From assembly GCA_050294405.1 (NCBI GenBank), contig JBNKOC010000009.1, positions 1-64,000 on the forward strand: a stretch of DNA of 64,000 nucleotides, written 5' to 3'. Below the pieces are notes generated by a model, which worked only from the letters and a program-made list of their open reading frames with translations, did no database searches and was not told where the DNA came from. The DNA is from Fibrobacteria bacterium (GTDB lineage: Bacteria > Fibrobacterota > Fibrobacteria > UBA11236 > JADFYW01). A program made the position numbers and the translations under genes. Numbering within the stretch: the stretch's first letter is position 1; each line of letters opens with the position of its first letter. Below, piece after piece: positions 1 through 9,676 of the stretch.

Positions 1-2
1 TG

Positions 3-269
3 GAGGATAAAATCCACCGGGCCCGGGCCACGCTTTTAGCGGCCAGAATATTGTCTTATCCCGAATATTTGGAGTTGTCCAGCTGGGTGCGGGTGGGGGT
101 TTATTTGGAAATTTTTTCTTCAGAAATATTATCAAAATTAACCGTTCTGTTGATAAAATCCGCTCCCGGACACATTATGTTGGGTGAGAGCCCCGCAGTT
201 CCCCAAGATAAACTAAACGAACAGCGCGCTGCGATGGTACGCCATTTTTTGCTGGATTCCAACGCCTGA
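3..269 (+). CDS. mcsB: Protein arginine kinase McsB, C-terminal part (5' truncated by window edge)
   Basis: Frame +3 is open from the window start: EDKIHRARATLLAARILSYPEYLELSSWVRVGV...APGHI...EQRAAMVR resembles the McsB C-terminus; lies directly upstream of clpC. Confidence 0.75.
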   Translation, partial: EDKIHRARATLLAARILSYPEYLELSSWVRVGVYLEIFSSEILSKLTVLLIKSAPGHIMLGESPAVPQDKLNEQRAAMVRHFLLDSNA

Positions 270-336
270 AAAAAGCTCAATAAATTGCCCAAGTTAAAAG
301 AGTTCCAAAAGGTCAAATTATTTATATTGCATAAAT

Positions 337-370
337 TATTTTGCGATTTTTTTGCATAAATCGTAAAATA
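337..370. promoter_or_regulatory. Inverted repeat upstream of clpC (possible operator or RNA hairpin)
   Basis: TATTTTGCGATTT-N8-AAATCGTAAAATA (13-bp arms, one G.T pair); TTGCATAAAT also occurs twice (327-336, 352-361). Confidence 0.35.
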
Positions 371-396
371 TTTCAGTACAAGAGAGGACGGTAAAA

Positions 397-2886
397 ATGA
401 ATGGAATGTTCACAGATAGGGTAAAAAAGGTGATGCAGCTGGCCCGTGAAGAGTCTGTGCGCCTTGGCAACGATTATGTCGGCACAGAACATCTGTTGTT
501 GGGTCTTATTCGCGAGGGCGAAGGCGTGGCCATAGTGGTATTGAAAAATTTAGGGGTGGAACTTGAAGATCTTTCCAAAAGTATTGAAAAATCCATAACA
601 ACTTCCGGTGGAATGATGACCATTGGTCAAATGATCCCTTTCACACCTCGAGCAAAAAAGGTTTTGGAAATCGCAGCCCAAGAAGCTCGTTCCATGGGTC
701 ATAAGTACATTGGCACTGAGCATCTGTTACTGGCGCTAATGAAAGACAACGAGTCTGCAGCGGCCAATGCTTTGGGAAGTATTGGAGTGGAATACGACAG
801 AGTTAAAGAAGAAATCATAAGAGTGCTTCGCGGGGGCGATGTATCCGGTGGAGATAGCCCCAGCAGCTCCAGAAAGAAATCCAAAACAGTATTCCTCGAT
901 CATTTTGGAAGAGACTTAACAGAGCTGGCCCGCCAGGATCAATTAGACCCAATTATCGGTCGTGGTCCCGAAATTGAAAGAGTGATTCAAATTTTAAGCC
1001 GTCGAAAAAAGAACAACCCTGTTCTAATCGGCGAACCCGGAGTAGGTAAAACAGCTATTGTAGAGGGACTTGCGCAAAAAATCGTGGAAAAAAACATCCC
1101 CGAAATTTTGGAAAATAAAAGAGTGGTCACCTTGGACATGGGTAGCATTGTTGCCGGTACCAAATACCGCGGCCAGTTTGAAGAACGTTTAAAATCCCTT
1201 ATTCAGGAACTGCAAAAAAATGAGAATATCATCATCTTTATTGATGAGCTGCACACCATAGTAGGCGCCGGTGGCTCCGAGGGTTCCCTGGATGCTTCCA
1301 ATATTTTTAAACCCGCTTTGGCCCGTGGCGAATTGCAATGTATAGGTGCTACTACTTTGGATGAGTATCGCAAATACATTGAAAAAGATGGCGCTTTGGA
1401 ACGCCGTTTCCAAACTATCATGGTTGATGCACCGGGGATGGAAGATACCATTGAAATTATCAAAGGCCTGCGTCCCAAATACGAGGACCACCACAAGGTT
1501 AAATACAGCGACACCGCTTTAGAAGCGGCGGTTCGTTTGGCGGAACGCTACATAAGCGACCGTTTTCAACCGGATAAATCCATAGATATTATTGATGAAG
1601 CCGGCGCCCAGGTTCGGCTGTCCAGCTTGGCTATTCCACCGGAACTTCGGGAAAAAGAAATCGCTTTAGAAAAAGTGATTAAGGAAAAAGAAGCTTCTGT
1701 GGAAAACCAGGATTACGAAGCGGCCGCTAGCCATAGAGACTCTCAGGAAAGGCTAAAAGAAGAGCTGGAAGAGATGAAGAAGAAATGGCGGGAGTCCAAG
1801 AAAAACGAGACTCTGGAGGTTAAAGAGGAAGATATAAAAGCTGTTATCGCCAATATGACTGGCGTGCCTTTGGTTAAAATGGCCAGCCAGGAAACCAAAC
1901 GGCTTATGAAAATGGAAGATGAACTGAAAAAAAGAGTGGTGGGTCAGGATCACGCTATTCAGGTCATATCCAAGGCGATTCGCCGTTCCAGAGCCGGTGT
2001 TCACACTACCAAAAGGCCTATGGGAAGCTTTTTATTCCTGGGAGCCACAGGAGTGGGCAAAACCGAACTGGCCAAGGCTCTTTCTGAATTTTTGTTCCAT
2101 ACAGAAGATGCCATCATTCGTATTGACATGAGTGAATATATGGAAAAATTCTCTGTGTCTCGCCTGGTGGGAGCCCCTCCGGGATATGTGGGTTACGAAG
2201 AGGGCGGCCAGCTCACTGAAAAAGTGCGAAGAAAACCTTATTCCTTGATTTTGCTGGATGAAATTGAAAAGGCTCATCCCGATGTGTTTAATATTCTGTT
2301 GCAAATATTCGACGATGGCCAGCTTACAGACAGCTATGGCCGCAAAGTGAATTTCAAAAACACCCTTATTATCATGACTTCCAACCTGGGAGCCCGTGAG
2401 ATGAAAAAAGGAGGGATGGGATTTGGAAAAAGCGATGCGGAAGCTGAATTTGAGAGATTGGAAAAAACCGTTAAAGAAGAGGTTAAACGCACCTTTAACC
2501 CGGAATTCTTAAATCGTATTGATGACCAAGTGGTATTCCGTCCGCTGGGCAAAGAGCATATGCACGCCATTGTGAATATTCTTATTAAAGAGCTGGAAGA
2601 CAGACTCCACGATAAAAATATCAAGGTGGAAGCTACTGAAACGGCACGGGATTACATTGTGGAAAATGGTTTTGATCCTCTATTGGGAGCCCGTCCCTTG
2701 CGACGCTCTATCCAGCGTTTGGTGGAAGATCCCTTGGCAGAAGAAATTCTATCCAGCAATATGACAGAAGATTGTCTGGTAACCATTAACCACGAGGGTG
2801 AAGGACTGGTTTTTTCACAGAAAAAACTCGACCCCGCGGAAAAAGAAGTGGATGCGGAAATAGCCAAAGAAATGGAAAAACTATAG
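397..2886 (+). CDS. clpC: ATP-dependent Clp protease ATP-binding subunit ClpC
   Basis: Double Clp-N repeats, two AAA+ modules ([16 protein letters not shown]), short UVR coiled coil, MGF ClpP-binding loop; RBS GAGGA. Confidence 0.95.
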   Translation: MNGMFTDRVKKVMQLAREESVRLGNDYVGTEHLLLGLIREGEGVAIVVLKNLGVELEDLSKSIEKSITTSGGMMTIGQMIPFTPRAKKVLEIAAQEARSMGHKYIGTEHLLLALMKDNESAAANALGSIGVEYDRVKEEIIRVLRGGDVSGGDSPSSSRKKSKTVFLDHFGRDLTELARQDQLDPIIGRGPEIERVIQILSRRKKNNPVLIGEPGVGKTAIVEGLAQKIVEKNIPEILENKRVVTLDMGSIVAGTKYRGQFEERLKSLIQELQKNENIIIFIDELHTIVGAGGSEGSLDASNIFKPALARGELQCIGATTLDEYRKYIEKDGALERRFQTIMVDAPGMEDTIEIIKGLRPKYEDHHKVKYSDTALEAAVRLAERYISDRFQPDKSIDIIDEAGAQVRLSSLAIPPELREKEIALEKVIKEKEASVENQDYEAAASHRDSQERLKEELEEMKKKWRESKKNETLEVKEEDIKAVIANMTGVPLVKMASQETKRLMKMEDELKKRVVGQDHAIQVISKAIRRSRAGVHTTKRPMGSFLFLGATGVGKTELAKALSEFLFHTEDAIIRIDMSEYMEKFSVSRLVGAPPGYVGYEEGGQLTEKVRRKPYSLILLDEIEKAHPDVFNILLQIFDDGQLTDSYGRKVNFKNTLIIMTSNLGAREMKKGGMGFGKSDAEAEFERLEKTVKEEVKRTFNPEFLNRIDDQVVFRPLGKEHMHAIVNILIKELEDRLHDKNIKVEATETARDYIVENGFDPLLGARPLRRSIQRLVEDPLAEEILSSNMTEDCLVTINHEGEGLVFSQKKLDPAEKEVDAEIAKEMEKL

Positions 2887-2914
2887 TCTAAATTCAATTT
2901 TCTTGTTTATTTAT

Positions 2915-2948
2915 AAGGCTCTTCCCCCGAGGAAGGGCCTTTTTTTTG
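2915..2948 (+). terminator. Intrinsic terminator after clpC
   Basis: AAGGCTCTTCC-loop-GGAAGGGCCTT stem followed by a T run. Confidence 0.85.
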
Positions 2949-3082
2949 TGACCTAATTATTACCTTCGGGTAGAAAGTAAAATCCCATCTTTTTATTATA
3001 TTTGCTGGCAAATTTTTACCAAAAGCGAAAGGGTGAGTTTGAAGCTTTTCAATTCGGCTAGAGGCAAGTTATTAGGAGTTCA

Positions 3083-5476
3083 ATGCAGATAAATCAATTA
3101 AAATTCTTGTTCCTTAGCCTTGCGATTTTGCTTTTTTCTCAAACTCAAATTTTTTCCCAGGTTGGATTGGACATGCCAAACCAGGTTCGGGAAATAAAAA
3201 TTGTGTCCCTTAAAGTAGAGGGCAACCAAACTGTTGACGCCGAACGTATTAAAAGCGCCCTTCAGCTACAAGAAGGCAACAGCTATTTGCCTCCTGTTTT
3301 AAGAGATAAAGTTCGCCAGTCCATCAAGTCCCTTTATGAAATGAAATATTTTAAAACCATTTCTGTGGATATTAATTATCCCGAAGCGGTAGATGGGGTA
3401 GAACTTGTTTTTAATGTAAAAGAATTGCCCAGCCTTGGACGAATCTCCATCGTGGGTAATGAAGAAATTGAAGAATCGGATTTGGTAAAAGAAATGAGCT
3501 TGTACGAGGGCCAAACTTATTCGGCTTCGGATATTCAAAGGGAAAAACAAACCATTTTGGATATCTATCACGAAGAAGGTTTTTTCCTGGCCGAAGTGAA
3601 TGTTACTGAAAAAAAAGATCCCAACACCGAGCGAATCGATGTGACCTTTAACATTACTGAAAACCGCAAAGTCAAAATCCGCGAAATCTCCTTTGTGGGT
3701 AACAAGGAAATCAAAGGCAAAAAGCTTCGCAAAACCATGAAGACCAAGAAAAAGAGCTGGTTTTTTGGAATTGGCGGTGAGTTTAAGGAAGATGAACTTT
3801 TGGGCAGCAAAGACTCTATTGTGAATTACTACCAACAAAATGGCTTTTTGGATGCCCAGGTTGTGGATCATCGTCTTAGCTTTTCTCCCGACAACAAATA
3901 CATGGATATTGAAATTGAAGTGAGTGAAGGGGTTCAATACCACTTGGGTAAAGTCAACTTTATCCATAATGATATTGTGGATGAAAGGGCATTGTACCAG
4001 CAAATGCTTTTAAAAGAAGGCGATGTGGTGGATATTCAAAAATTTATGATGAGTAAATACCAGGTGGAGACCCTGTTTCGCGATATTGGCCATTTATTTG
4101 TGCAGGTGGAAGAAAAAAAGAGCTATAAGGACTCCGTTCTTAATGTGACCTACACGGTGCATGAAGGCGGCCTTGCCCATGTTAATAAGGTACATGTCAG
4201 GGGCAATACCAAAACCAAGGATAAAGTTATCCGCCGTGAGCTGAAAATTTTTCCAGGCGATTTGTTTAGCCAATCTCTGGTAATGCGCTCCACCCGCGAA
4301 GTCATGCAGCTCAATTACTTTGATGGAGTAAACCCCAATTACGAACCTGTGGGGAACGACAACGTGGATTTGGTATTTGAAGTTAAAGAAAAAGAAGCGG
4401 GCACCGGCACTTTTTCTGCAGGTATGGCTTACAGCCAAAGAGACGCTTTAGTAGGTACCTTAGGGCTTCAGATTCCCAACTTTTTGGGAAATGGGCAGCG
4501 CGCTGATTTAAACTTGGAATGGGGCGCCCGCAAGCAGTTGTACTCTATTGGTTTTACCGAGCCCTGGTTTTTGGATACTCCCACCTTATTAGGGGGAAGT
4601 TTGTTTTGGTCTAAAACCGAAAACTTCAATTACATCCCCGAAGACAACAACGGTATTATTGATCCATACGGCAGTAAATATTTTACCCGCTATGGATTTA
4701 AGGTTCGTCTGGGGCGCCGTTTAACATGGCCTGATGACTATTTCACTATTTACACCAGTTACAATTTAACAGACAACCAAAATGGCCGCTTGAATGATCC
4801 TTCTTTATTATTGCAGGAATCAGGTTTGGAATCTTCCTGGAGTATTAACATTGTTCGCGATGACAAAAACCTTCCCATGTTTCCATCCGATGGCTCCCGC
4901 TACAGCTTTACCTGGGAAAAATTTGGCGGACCCCTCGGTGGCGATTTTGACTATGCCAAATGGGAAACCAAAATCAACTGGTGGTTCCCCACCATTGAAA
5001 AACTGGTGTTGGGAATTGAAACGGAGTTAGGCATTATTACGGGCGACAAAATACAGAAATGGGACTTGTACCAAATGGGCGGCATACTTGGTTTTAACGG
5101 AAAGCTCAGGGGTTATGACAACGGTGTTATCGGCCAGGGCAAAATTGGCCGTTCCTTTTTCTCATTTGTAACTCAATTGGTTTATCCTGTGGCTCCCAAC
5201 GTGTTTTACCTGCACAGTTTTTTTGATATGGGTAATGTATATGGCAAGGCTTTGCAGAATCCAAGCCCGACCCGTGGCGCCTTGGGCAGCCCCATTGATG
5301 ATATTGATTTGTCGGACTTATTAAAAGACTACGGATTGGGTTTTCGCCTGGTTATTCCCATGGTGGGAATTATGGGATTCGACTTCGCCTGGAACCTTGG
5401 CCCCGACAAGCTTGATGGCCGTAAGGTTTCCAACGATGGAATCCAGACTAACTTTGTGATTGAAGCCCCGTTTTAA
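3083..5476 (+). CDS. bamA: Outer membrane protein assembly factor BamA
   Basis: Signal peptide, POTRA repeats (GNTKTKDKVIRREL), barrel with LRGY motif, terminal Phe; followed by skp-lpxD. Confidence 0.95.
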   Translation: MQINQLKFLFLSLAILLFSQTQIFSQVGLDMPNQVREIKIVSLKVEGNQTVDAERIKSALQLQEGNSYLPPVLRDKVRQSIKSLYEMKYFKTISVDINYPEAVDGVELVFNVKELPSLGRISIVGNEEIEESDLVKEMSLYEGQTYSASDIQREKQTILDIYHEEGFFLAEVNVTEKKDPNTERIDVTFNITENRKVKIREISFVGNKEIKGKKLRKTMKTKKKSWFFGIGGEFKEDELLGSKDSIVNYYQQNGFLDAQVVDHRLSFSPDNKYMDIEIEVSEGVQYHLGKVNFIHNDIVDERALYQQMLLKEGDVVDIQKFMMSKYQVETLFRDIGHLFVQVEEKKSYKDSVLNVTYTVHEGGLAHVNKVHVRGNTKTKDKVIRRELKIFPGDLFSQSLVMRSTREVMQLNYFDGVNPNYEPVGNDNVDLVFEVKEKEAGTGTFSAGMAYSQRDALVGTLGLQIPNFLGNGQRADLNLEWGARKQLYSIGFTEPWFLDTPTLLGGSLFWSKTENFNYIPEDNNGIIDPYGSKYFTRYGFKVRLGRRLTWPDDYFTIYTSYNLTDNQNGRLNDPSLLLQESGLESSWSINIVRDDKNLPMFPSDGSRYSFTWEKFGGPLGGDFDYAKWETKINWWFPTIEKLVLGIETELGIITGDKIQKWDLYQMGGILGFNGKLRGYDNGVIGQGKIGRSFFSFVTQLVYPVAPNVFYLHSFFDMGNVYGKALQNPSPTRGALGSPIDDIDLSDLLKDYGLGFRLVIPMVGIMGFDFAWNLGPDKLDGRKVSNDGIQTNFVIEAPF

Positions 5477-5506
5477 TACAACTAAAAAAATTTTAGGAGA
5501 TATGGT

Positions 5507-6016
5507 ATGAAGTATTTATGGATGTTACTGGCCCTCAGCCTTCCTCTAACAGGGATGGCAGCTCAGCTGAAAATAGCTCATGTGGATTCTAAGCTTATTT
5601 TTGAAGGCTATAAGAAAACCAAAACCGTGCAAAAGCAATACGATGCCCAGGTGGGTAAGTGGGAACAGGATGCTGCGAAAATGCAACGTGAACTCACAGA
5701 AATGAAAGAGCGTTTGGAAAAGCAATCTTTAATGTTAAGCGCCGAAAAGAAAAAGGAACTGGAATCTAAAATGCTGGAAAAACAATCTCAATACCAGCAG
5801 TTTGTGCAAAAAATCTATGGCCGCGATGGGGATTTGTTTCAAAAGAATCAGGAATTTTCCGGCCCCATTATTAAGAAGATTAACGCTACCATTCAGGATG
5901 TAGCAAAACAAGAAGGCTATGACATGGTATTAGACAGAGCTGTGGGAGCTGTGGTTTACTGGCAACCCGACAACGATTTGACCCAAAAAGTTTTGGACGT
6001 CCTTAATAAGGAATAA
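5507..6016 (+). CDS. skp: OmpH/Skp periplasmic chaperone
   Basis: Signal peptide, KIAHVD, coiled coil, GYDMVLD...DLTQKVL; canonical position after bamA. Confidence 0.92.
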   Translation: MKYLWMLLALSLPLTGMAAQLKIAHVDSKLIFEGYKKTKTVQKQYDAQVGKWEQDAAKMQRELTEMKERLEKQSLMLSAEKKKELESKMLEKQSQYQQFVQKIYGRDGDLFQKNQEFSGPIIKKINATIQDVAKQEGYDMVLDRAVGAVVYWQPDNDLTQKVLDVLNKE

Positions 6017-6021
6017 CATTT

Positions 6022-6993
6022 ATGCAGCTTCCATCTCCCATTGCAATCGGGGAGTTGCTGCGAAGCTGTCCCTCACTTTCAAAGGCCCAGGGCTCCGTGC
6101 CTTCGGGTCTTTTAAATTTGAAAATCCATTCTTTGGATTCCCCTCGCTTTTCCACAGAAAATTCTCTTAGTTTTTTAAAAAATGCCTCGGCTTTGCCTAA
6201 AAAAGGTTTTGCAGCCAGATTGGTGATTTCCGAAGAGCCCATACCAACAGAAAAAAAATGTAACCTGTTGGTTGCGGATATTTATCCAGTTATTCATGAA
6301 CTGCTGGAAATGTATTTTACGTCAAAACCAAATACCCATTCCATAAATCCCAATTTCCCTCATGCCAAGGTTTTTGGGAGACTGGGAGATAACGTTAAAA
6401 TTGGGGCGGGCTGCTTTGTTTCTGACAAGTGTGAAGTTAAAGATAATGTTATTCTTGAGCCTAATGTAACTCTTCTTGACAATGTTGTTATTGGAAATGG
6501 CAGCTATATTCAGTCGGGAGTGGTGGTGGGTTCCAGCGGCTTTGGTTTTTACGCCCAGAAAAAAAAACAAATAACCATGCCCCACTTGGCGGGTGTTGTG
6601 GTTGAAGATAACTGTTGGCTTGGCGCAAATACGGTTATTGCTTCGGGAGTTTTAAACCCCACTTTTATCGGGGCTTACAGCAGGCTCGACTCCCATATAC
6701 AAATTGCCCACAATGTTTATTTAGGCCATCACGCGACTATTGCCTCCCAATCGGGGATAGCTGGTTCCACATACATAGGGCCTTATTTTACCATGGGTGG
6801 CGCCTCTTCCGTAACAGGTCATATCGAAATTGGGGAGAATGTTACCGTGGCAGCCCGCAGTGGTGTGACCAAATCACTTCCTTCAAAGGCCGTGGTGGCA
6901 GGCTTTCCGGCCCAAGCTATTAAAAATTGGAAAAAGCAGTTGGCCCTGCTTCGAAAATTAGAGGCGGAGTTAAAGGGGAAAAAGACCCCGTGA
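6022..6993 (+). CDS. lpxD: UDP-3-O-acylglucosamine N-acyltransferase LpxD
   Basis: Hexapeptide repeats, GSSGFGF, IQIAHNV, GIAGST, GFPA; operon context. Confidence 0.88.
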   Translation: MQLPSPIAIGELLRSCPSLSKAQGSVPSGLLNLKIHSLDSPRFSTENSLSFLKNASALPKKGFAARLVISEEPIPTEKKCNLLVADIYPVIHELLEMYFTSKPNTHSINPNFPHAKVFGRLGDNVKIGAGCFVSDKCEVKDNVILEPNVTLLDNVVIGNGSYIQSGVVVGSSGFGFYAQKKKQITMPHLAGVVVEDNCWLGANTVIASGVLNPTFIGAYSRLDSHIQIAHNVYLGHHATIASQSGIAGSTYIGPYFTMGGASSVTGHIEIGENVTVAARSGVTKSLPSKAVVAGFPAQAIKNWKKQLALLRKLEAELKGKKTP

Positions 6994-7892
6994 ATAGCTT
7001 TCTTGAAGGAAAAGGGGTTCACACCGGGGAAATTTCCAGTTTAAAACTGATGCATACTTTTGGTAAGAATCTTCAATTGAACTTTGGAAAATTCACTAAC
7101 ATCCAAAAAACAGTTTTTGAAAGCCCTCATTTTCTGGAGGCCAACTATTGCACCAGTATAAAAGATGCTTCCCGAAATATAATGTTTTTTACTCCGGAAC
7201 ATTTTATGGCATGTATGTATCCTTGGGCGCAGGCCGAAATCAAAATAAATTGTGAGGCTTCTGAAATGCCGGGTATGGATGGGAGCGCCCTTATTTTTTC
7301 CCAATTTTTACAAGAACAAATGGAAAGTTTTGGCTTTTTCCCTCAAGCCCCAACCTTTTACACAAGCCAGCTAAAAAAAAACTATCCCATTGATACGGGT
7401 CATTTTAAGGTGCAGCCCCATACCCATTTTAAAGTTCACTACCAGGTCCACCGGGGTGATCTAAAACAGGATTATGTATTTGAATGGAAAGAGAACCAGG
7501 GAGCTGAATTATTCTTCAGAGAAATAGCCCCGGCACGAACATTTATTTTTTGGGACTCTTATTTAGATGCCAAAAAGAAGGGACTGCTTAAGGGCGCCGA
7601 ACTTTCCAGCGGACTTTTGTTAGCTCAAAATAAAAGGGACTTTAAGGAGGCCTTGTTGCATCCGGAGTTTAGCGAAAATTCGGCCTTTTACCCTATTTTA
7701 AATTCCCAGGCTTTTCGCTTAAAAAATGAATGTGCCCGGCATAAAATACTAGATTTGCTCGGGGACCTGGCCTGGTGCGGCCTGGCTCTGCCCAAATTGG
7801 AAATAAATATTTTAAACGGCGGGCATTTCCACCACCTTAAATTGGTAAAGGATTTAATATATGAACGAGTCTCTGCAAAAAGTATTGGATGA
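6990..7892 (+). CDS. lpxC: UDP-3-O-acyl-GlcNAc deacetylase LpxC (divergent)
   Basis: GKGVHTG, EH, PGMDGSA, EIAPARTF, HKILDLLGDL zinc motif. Start placed at GTG 6990 overlapping the lpxD TGA rather than 6927. Confidence 0.88.
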   Translation: MNSFLEGKGVHTGEISSLKLMHTFGKNLQLNFGKFTNIQKTVFESPHFLEANYCTSIKDASRNIMFFTPEHFMACMYPWAQAEIKINCEASEMPGMDGSALIFSQFLQEQMESFGFFPQAPTFYTSQLKKNYPIDTGHFKVQPHTHFKVHYQVHRGDLKQDYVFEWKENQGAELFFREIAPARTFIFWDSYLDAKKKGLLKGAELSSGLLLAQNKRDFKEALLHPEFSENSAFYPILNSQAFRLKNECARHKILDLLGDLAWCGLALPKLEINILNGGHFHHLKLVKDLIYERVSAKSIG

Positions 7893-8352
7893 ACTTTCCG
7901 TACCCAAATCAGAAAACCCAAAATTTGTAATTGATTACGCGGGCATCACAAAAATATTGCCCCACCGCCACCCCTTTTTATTTGTGGATGGAGTTTTGGA
8001 AGTGGAACAGGGAAAATCCATTGCTGGTTTAAAAAACTACAGTTTTAACGAACATTTTTTCGTGGGTCATTTTCCGCAGGAACCGGTGGCTCCTGGAGTA
8101 CTTCAAATTGAAGCTTTAGCTCAAATTTCCTGCATACTGGTTGCCCTTTCTGTAGAAGGCGTGCAAAACAAGCGGCCCGCGTTTACCGGAATTGAAGAAG
8201 CGAAATTTCGCAAGCCCGTTCGCCCTGGCCATGCCATGGTTTTAAAGGCGGAGTTGCAAAAAATGAAAAGAGGCTTCGCCATTTTAAACACTCGTGGTGA
8301 AATTGATGGCGAAGTAGCAGTGGAAGCTGTTATAAAAGCCGCCATGGTTTAA
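7861..8352 (+). CDS. fabZ: 3-hydroxyacyl-ACP dehydratase FabZ
   Basis: LPHRHPFLFVD, FFVGHFP, PGVLQIEALAQ, FRKPVRPG; AAGGA RBS. Confidence 0.95.
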   Translation: MNESLQKVLDELSVPKSENPKFVIDYAGITKILPHRHPFLFVDGVLEVEQGKSIAGLKNYSFNEHFFVGHFPQEPVAPGVLQIEALAQISCILVALSVEGVQNKRPAFTGIEEAKFRKPVRPGHAMVLKAELQKMKRGFAILNTRGEIDGEVAVEAVIKAAMV

Positions 8353-8357
8353 AATTT

Positions 8358-9122
8358 ATGGCTGTTCACCCCAGCGCTATAATACATCCAGGTTTAAATT
8401 TGCCCGATACTGTAAGTGTCGGGCCTTTTTCCATAATTGAAGAAGATGTAACTATAGCTCCCCATGTCAGCATAGGGGCCAATTGCCATATTTACGGGGG
8501 AAGTCAAATAGGTTCCCATAGCCAAATATTTGATGGGGCTATTGTGGGTTCCCCTCCCCAAGATTTAAAATATACGGGTGAAAAAACTCAAACCATTATT
8601 GGCAGCCATTGTGTGCTGCGGGAATATGTTACCGTAAACCGAGGAACATCTTACAGTTTTAAAACCCTTATTGAAGACAATTGTTATATCATGACCTATT
8701 GCCATGTGGCTCATGATTGTGTTTTGGAAAAAGGGGTGATGTTAGCCAACGGAGTGCAAATGGGCGGGCATGTGCGAATCGGGGAGCATACTGTGGTGTT
8801 GGGTATGACTGGAATTCATCAGTTCTCTAAAATTGGAAAAGGATGTTATGTGGGTGGGGGGCTTAGGGTGGCTAAAGATATCCCCCCATTTTCCAAAGCT
8901 TTGGGAGAGCCGCTCAAAATGGCCGGGCCCAATAGTCTGGCCCTAAAAAAATTCCCGGAATGGGATAACCCCGGGAGCCTGTTAAAAACCATACATAACC
9001 ATTACAGAAAATGGCCTCAAAAAGAATTTTTAGCTTGGCTGGAAAATACGGAACAGGAGCCTTTACAAAAGGAATGGCTTAAATTTTTCGCAGAGAAAGA
9101 GCGAGCGGCGCTTAGCTATTAG
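8358..9122 (+). CDS. lpxA: UDP-GlcNAc O-acyltransferase LpxA
   Basis: PQDLKY, REYVTVNRGT, HVAHDC, IHQF motifs; hexapeptide repeats. Confidence 0.93.
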   Translation: MAVHPSAIIHPGLNLPDTVSVGPFSIIEEDVTIAPHVSIGANCHIYGGSQIGSHSQIFDGAIVGSPPQDLKYTGEKTQTIIGSHCVLREYVTVNRGTSYSFKTLIEDNCYIMTYCHVAHDCVLEKGVMLANGVQMGGHVRIGEHTVVLGMTGIHQFSKIGKGCYVGGGLRVAKDIPPFSKALGEPLKMAGPNSLALKKFPEWDNPGSLLKTIHNHYRKWPQKEFLAWLENTEQEPLQKEWLKFFAEKERAALSY

Positions 9123-9567
9123 CGTCCTCTTTCAAGAGAGCTTCTATTTGAGGCAGTATTTCTTTTTTGCAGCGTTCGAAGCAATATATTTGCTGGAGAA
9201 TGGAGTGGGTGCGGTAATTGGCCGCTTTTTTTTGAATCCAATCGCTGACCAGCTCGGTTTTGTTTTCAGCATGTTCTATTTCGGGCCCAAGCTCATTTAA
9301 CATGGCTTTGGATTGGTAATCCAAATAAAATTTGAAGTTAATAGGCATGTTCATGGATATCAGAAAAAACTTAACCATAACATCAATGGGTTGAGCCTGG
9401 TTTTTGCTCTCAAAATTTTTTACAAAGTTGCGAAAATCCAGAATGTGTTTTTTTAAAAAGGGAACTATGGAGCCCTTTAACACATTGAGATCGCCCCTGT
9501 CGTAATTTTCAGAAAATTGACCAAGTATATCTTCTTCCAATTCCAACTCCGTATACAGGGTATCCAT
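9112..9567 (-). CDS. Hypothetical protein
   Basis: 151-aa ORF filling the gap between lpxA and ppdK; no family recognised. Confidence 0.65.
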   Translation of the reverse strand: MDTLYTELELEEDILGQFSENYDRGDLNVLKGSIVPFLKKHILDFRNFVKNFESKNQAQPIDVMVKFFLISMNMPINFKFYLDYQSKAMLNELGPEIEHAENKTELVSDWIQKKAANYRTHSILQQIYCFERCKKEILPQIEALLKEDANS

Positions 9568-9634
9568 AGTATAAAAAAATTATTTGTCTGAATTAAAAAG
9601 AAAAATTTTAAGGGGGAAATTGCTATTCAAATCT

Positions 9635-9669
9635 AAAAAAGAAAAGCAGCCCATAAATTATGGGCTGCT
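9635..9669 (-). terminator. Intrinsic terminator after ppdK
   Basis: AGCAGCCCATAA/TTATGGGCTGCT perfect inverted repeat with an A run on the left (U tail on the minus strand). Confidence 0.85.
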
Positions 9670-9676
9670 CTGAGTT

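Noticed and set aside
292..317. CtsR box upstream of clpC
   Set aside because: Only one good GGTCAAA heptad; neighbouring heptads are degenerate and mis-spaced.
3299..4003. 234-aa antisense ORF in bamA and the many similar short nested ORFs
   Set aside because: They lie wholly within well-supported genes on the opposite strand or another frame and have no recognisable motifs.
7861..7892. Frameshifted lpxC-fabZ fusion
   Set aside because: fabZ has its own ATG with an AAGGA RBS and lpxC is complete; the 32-nt overlap is compatible with two genes.
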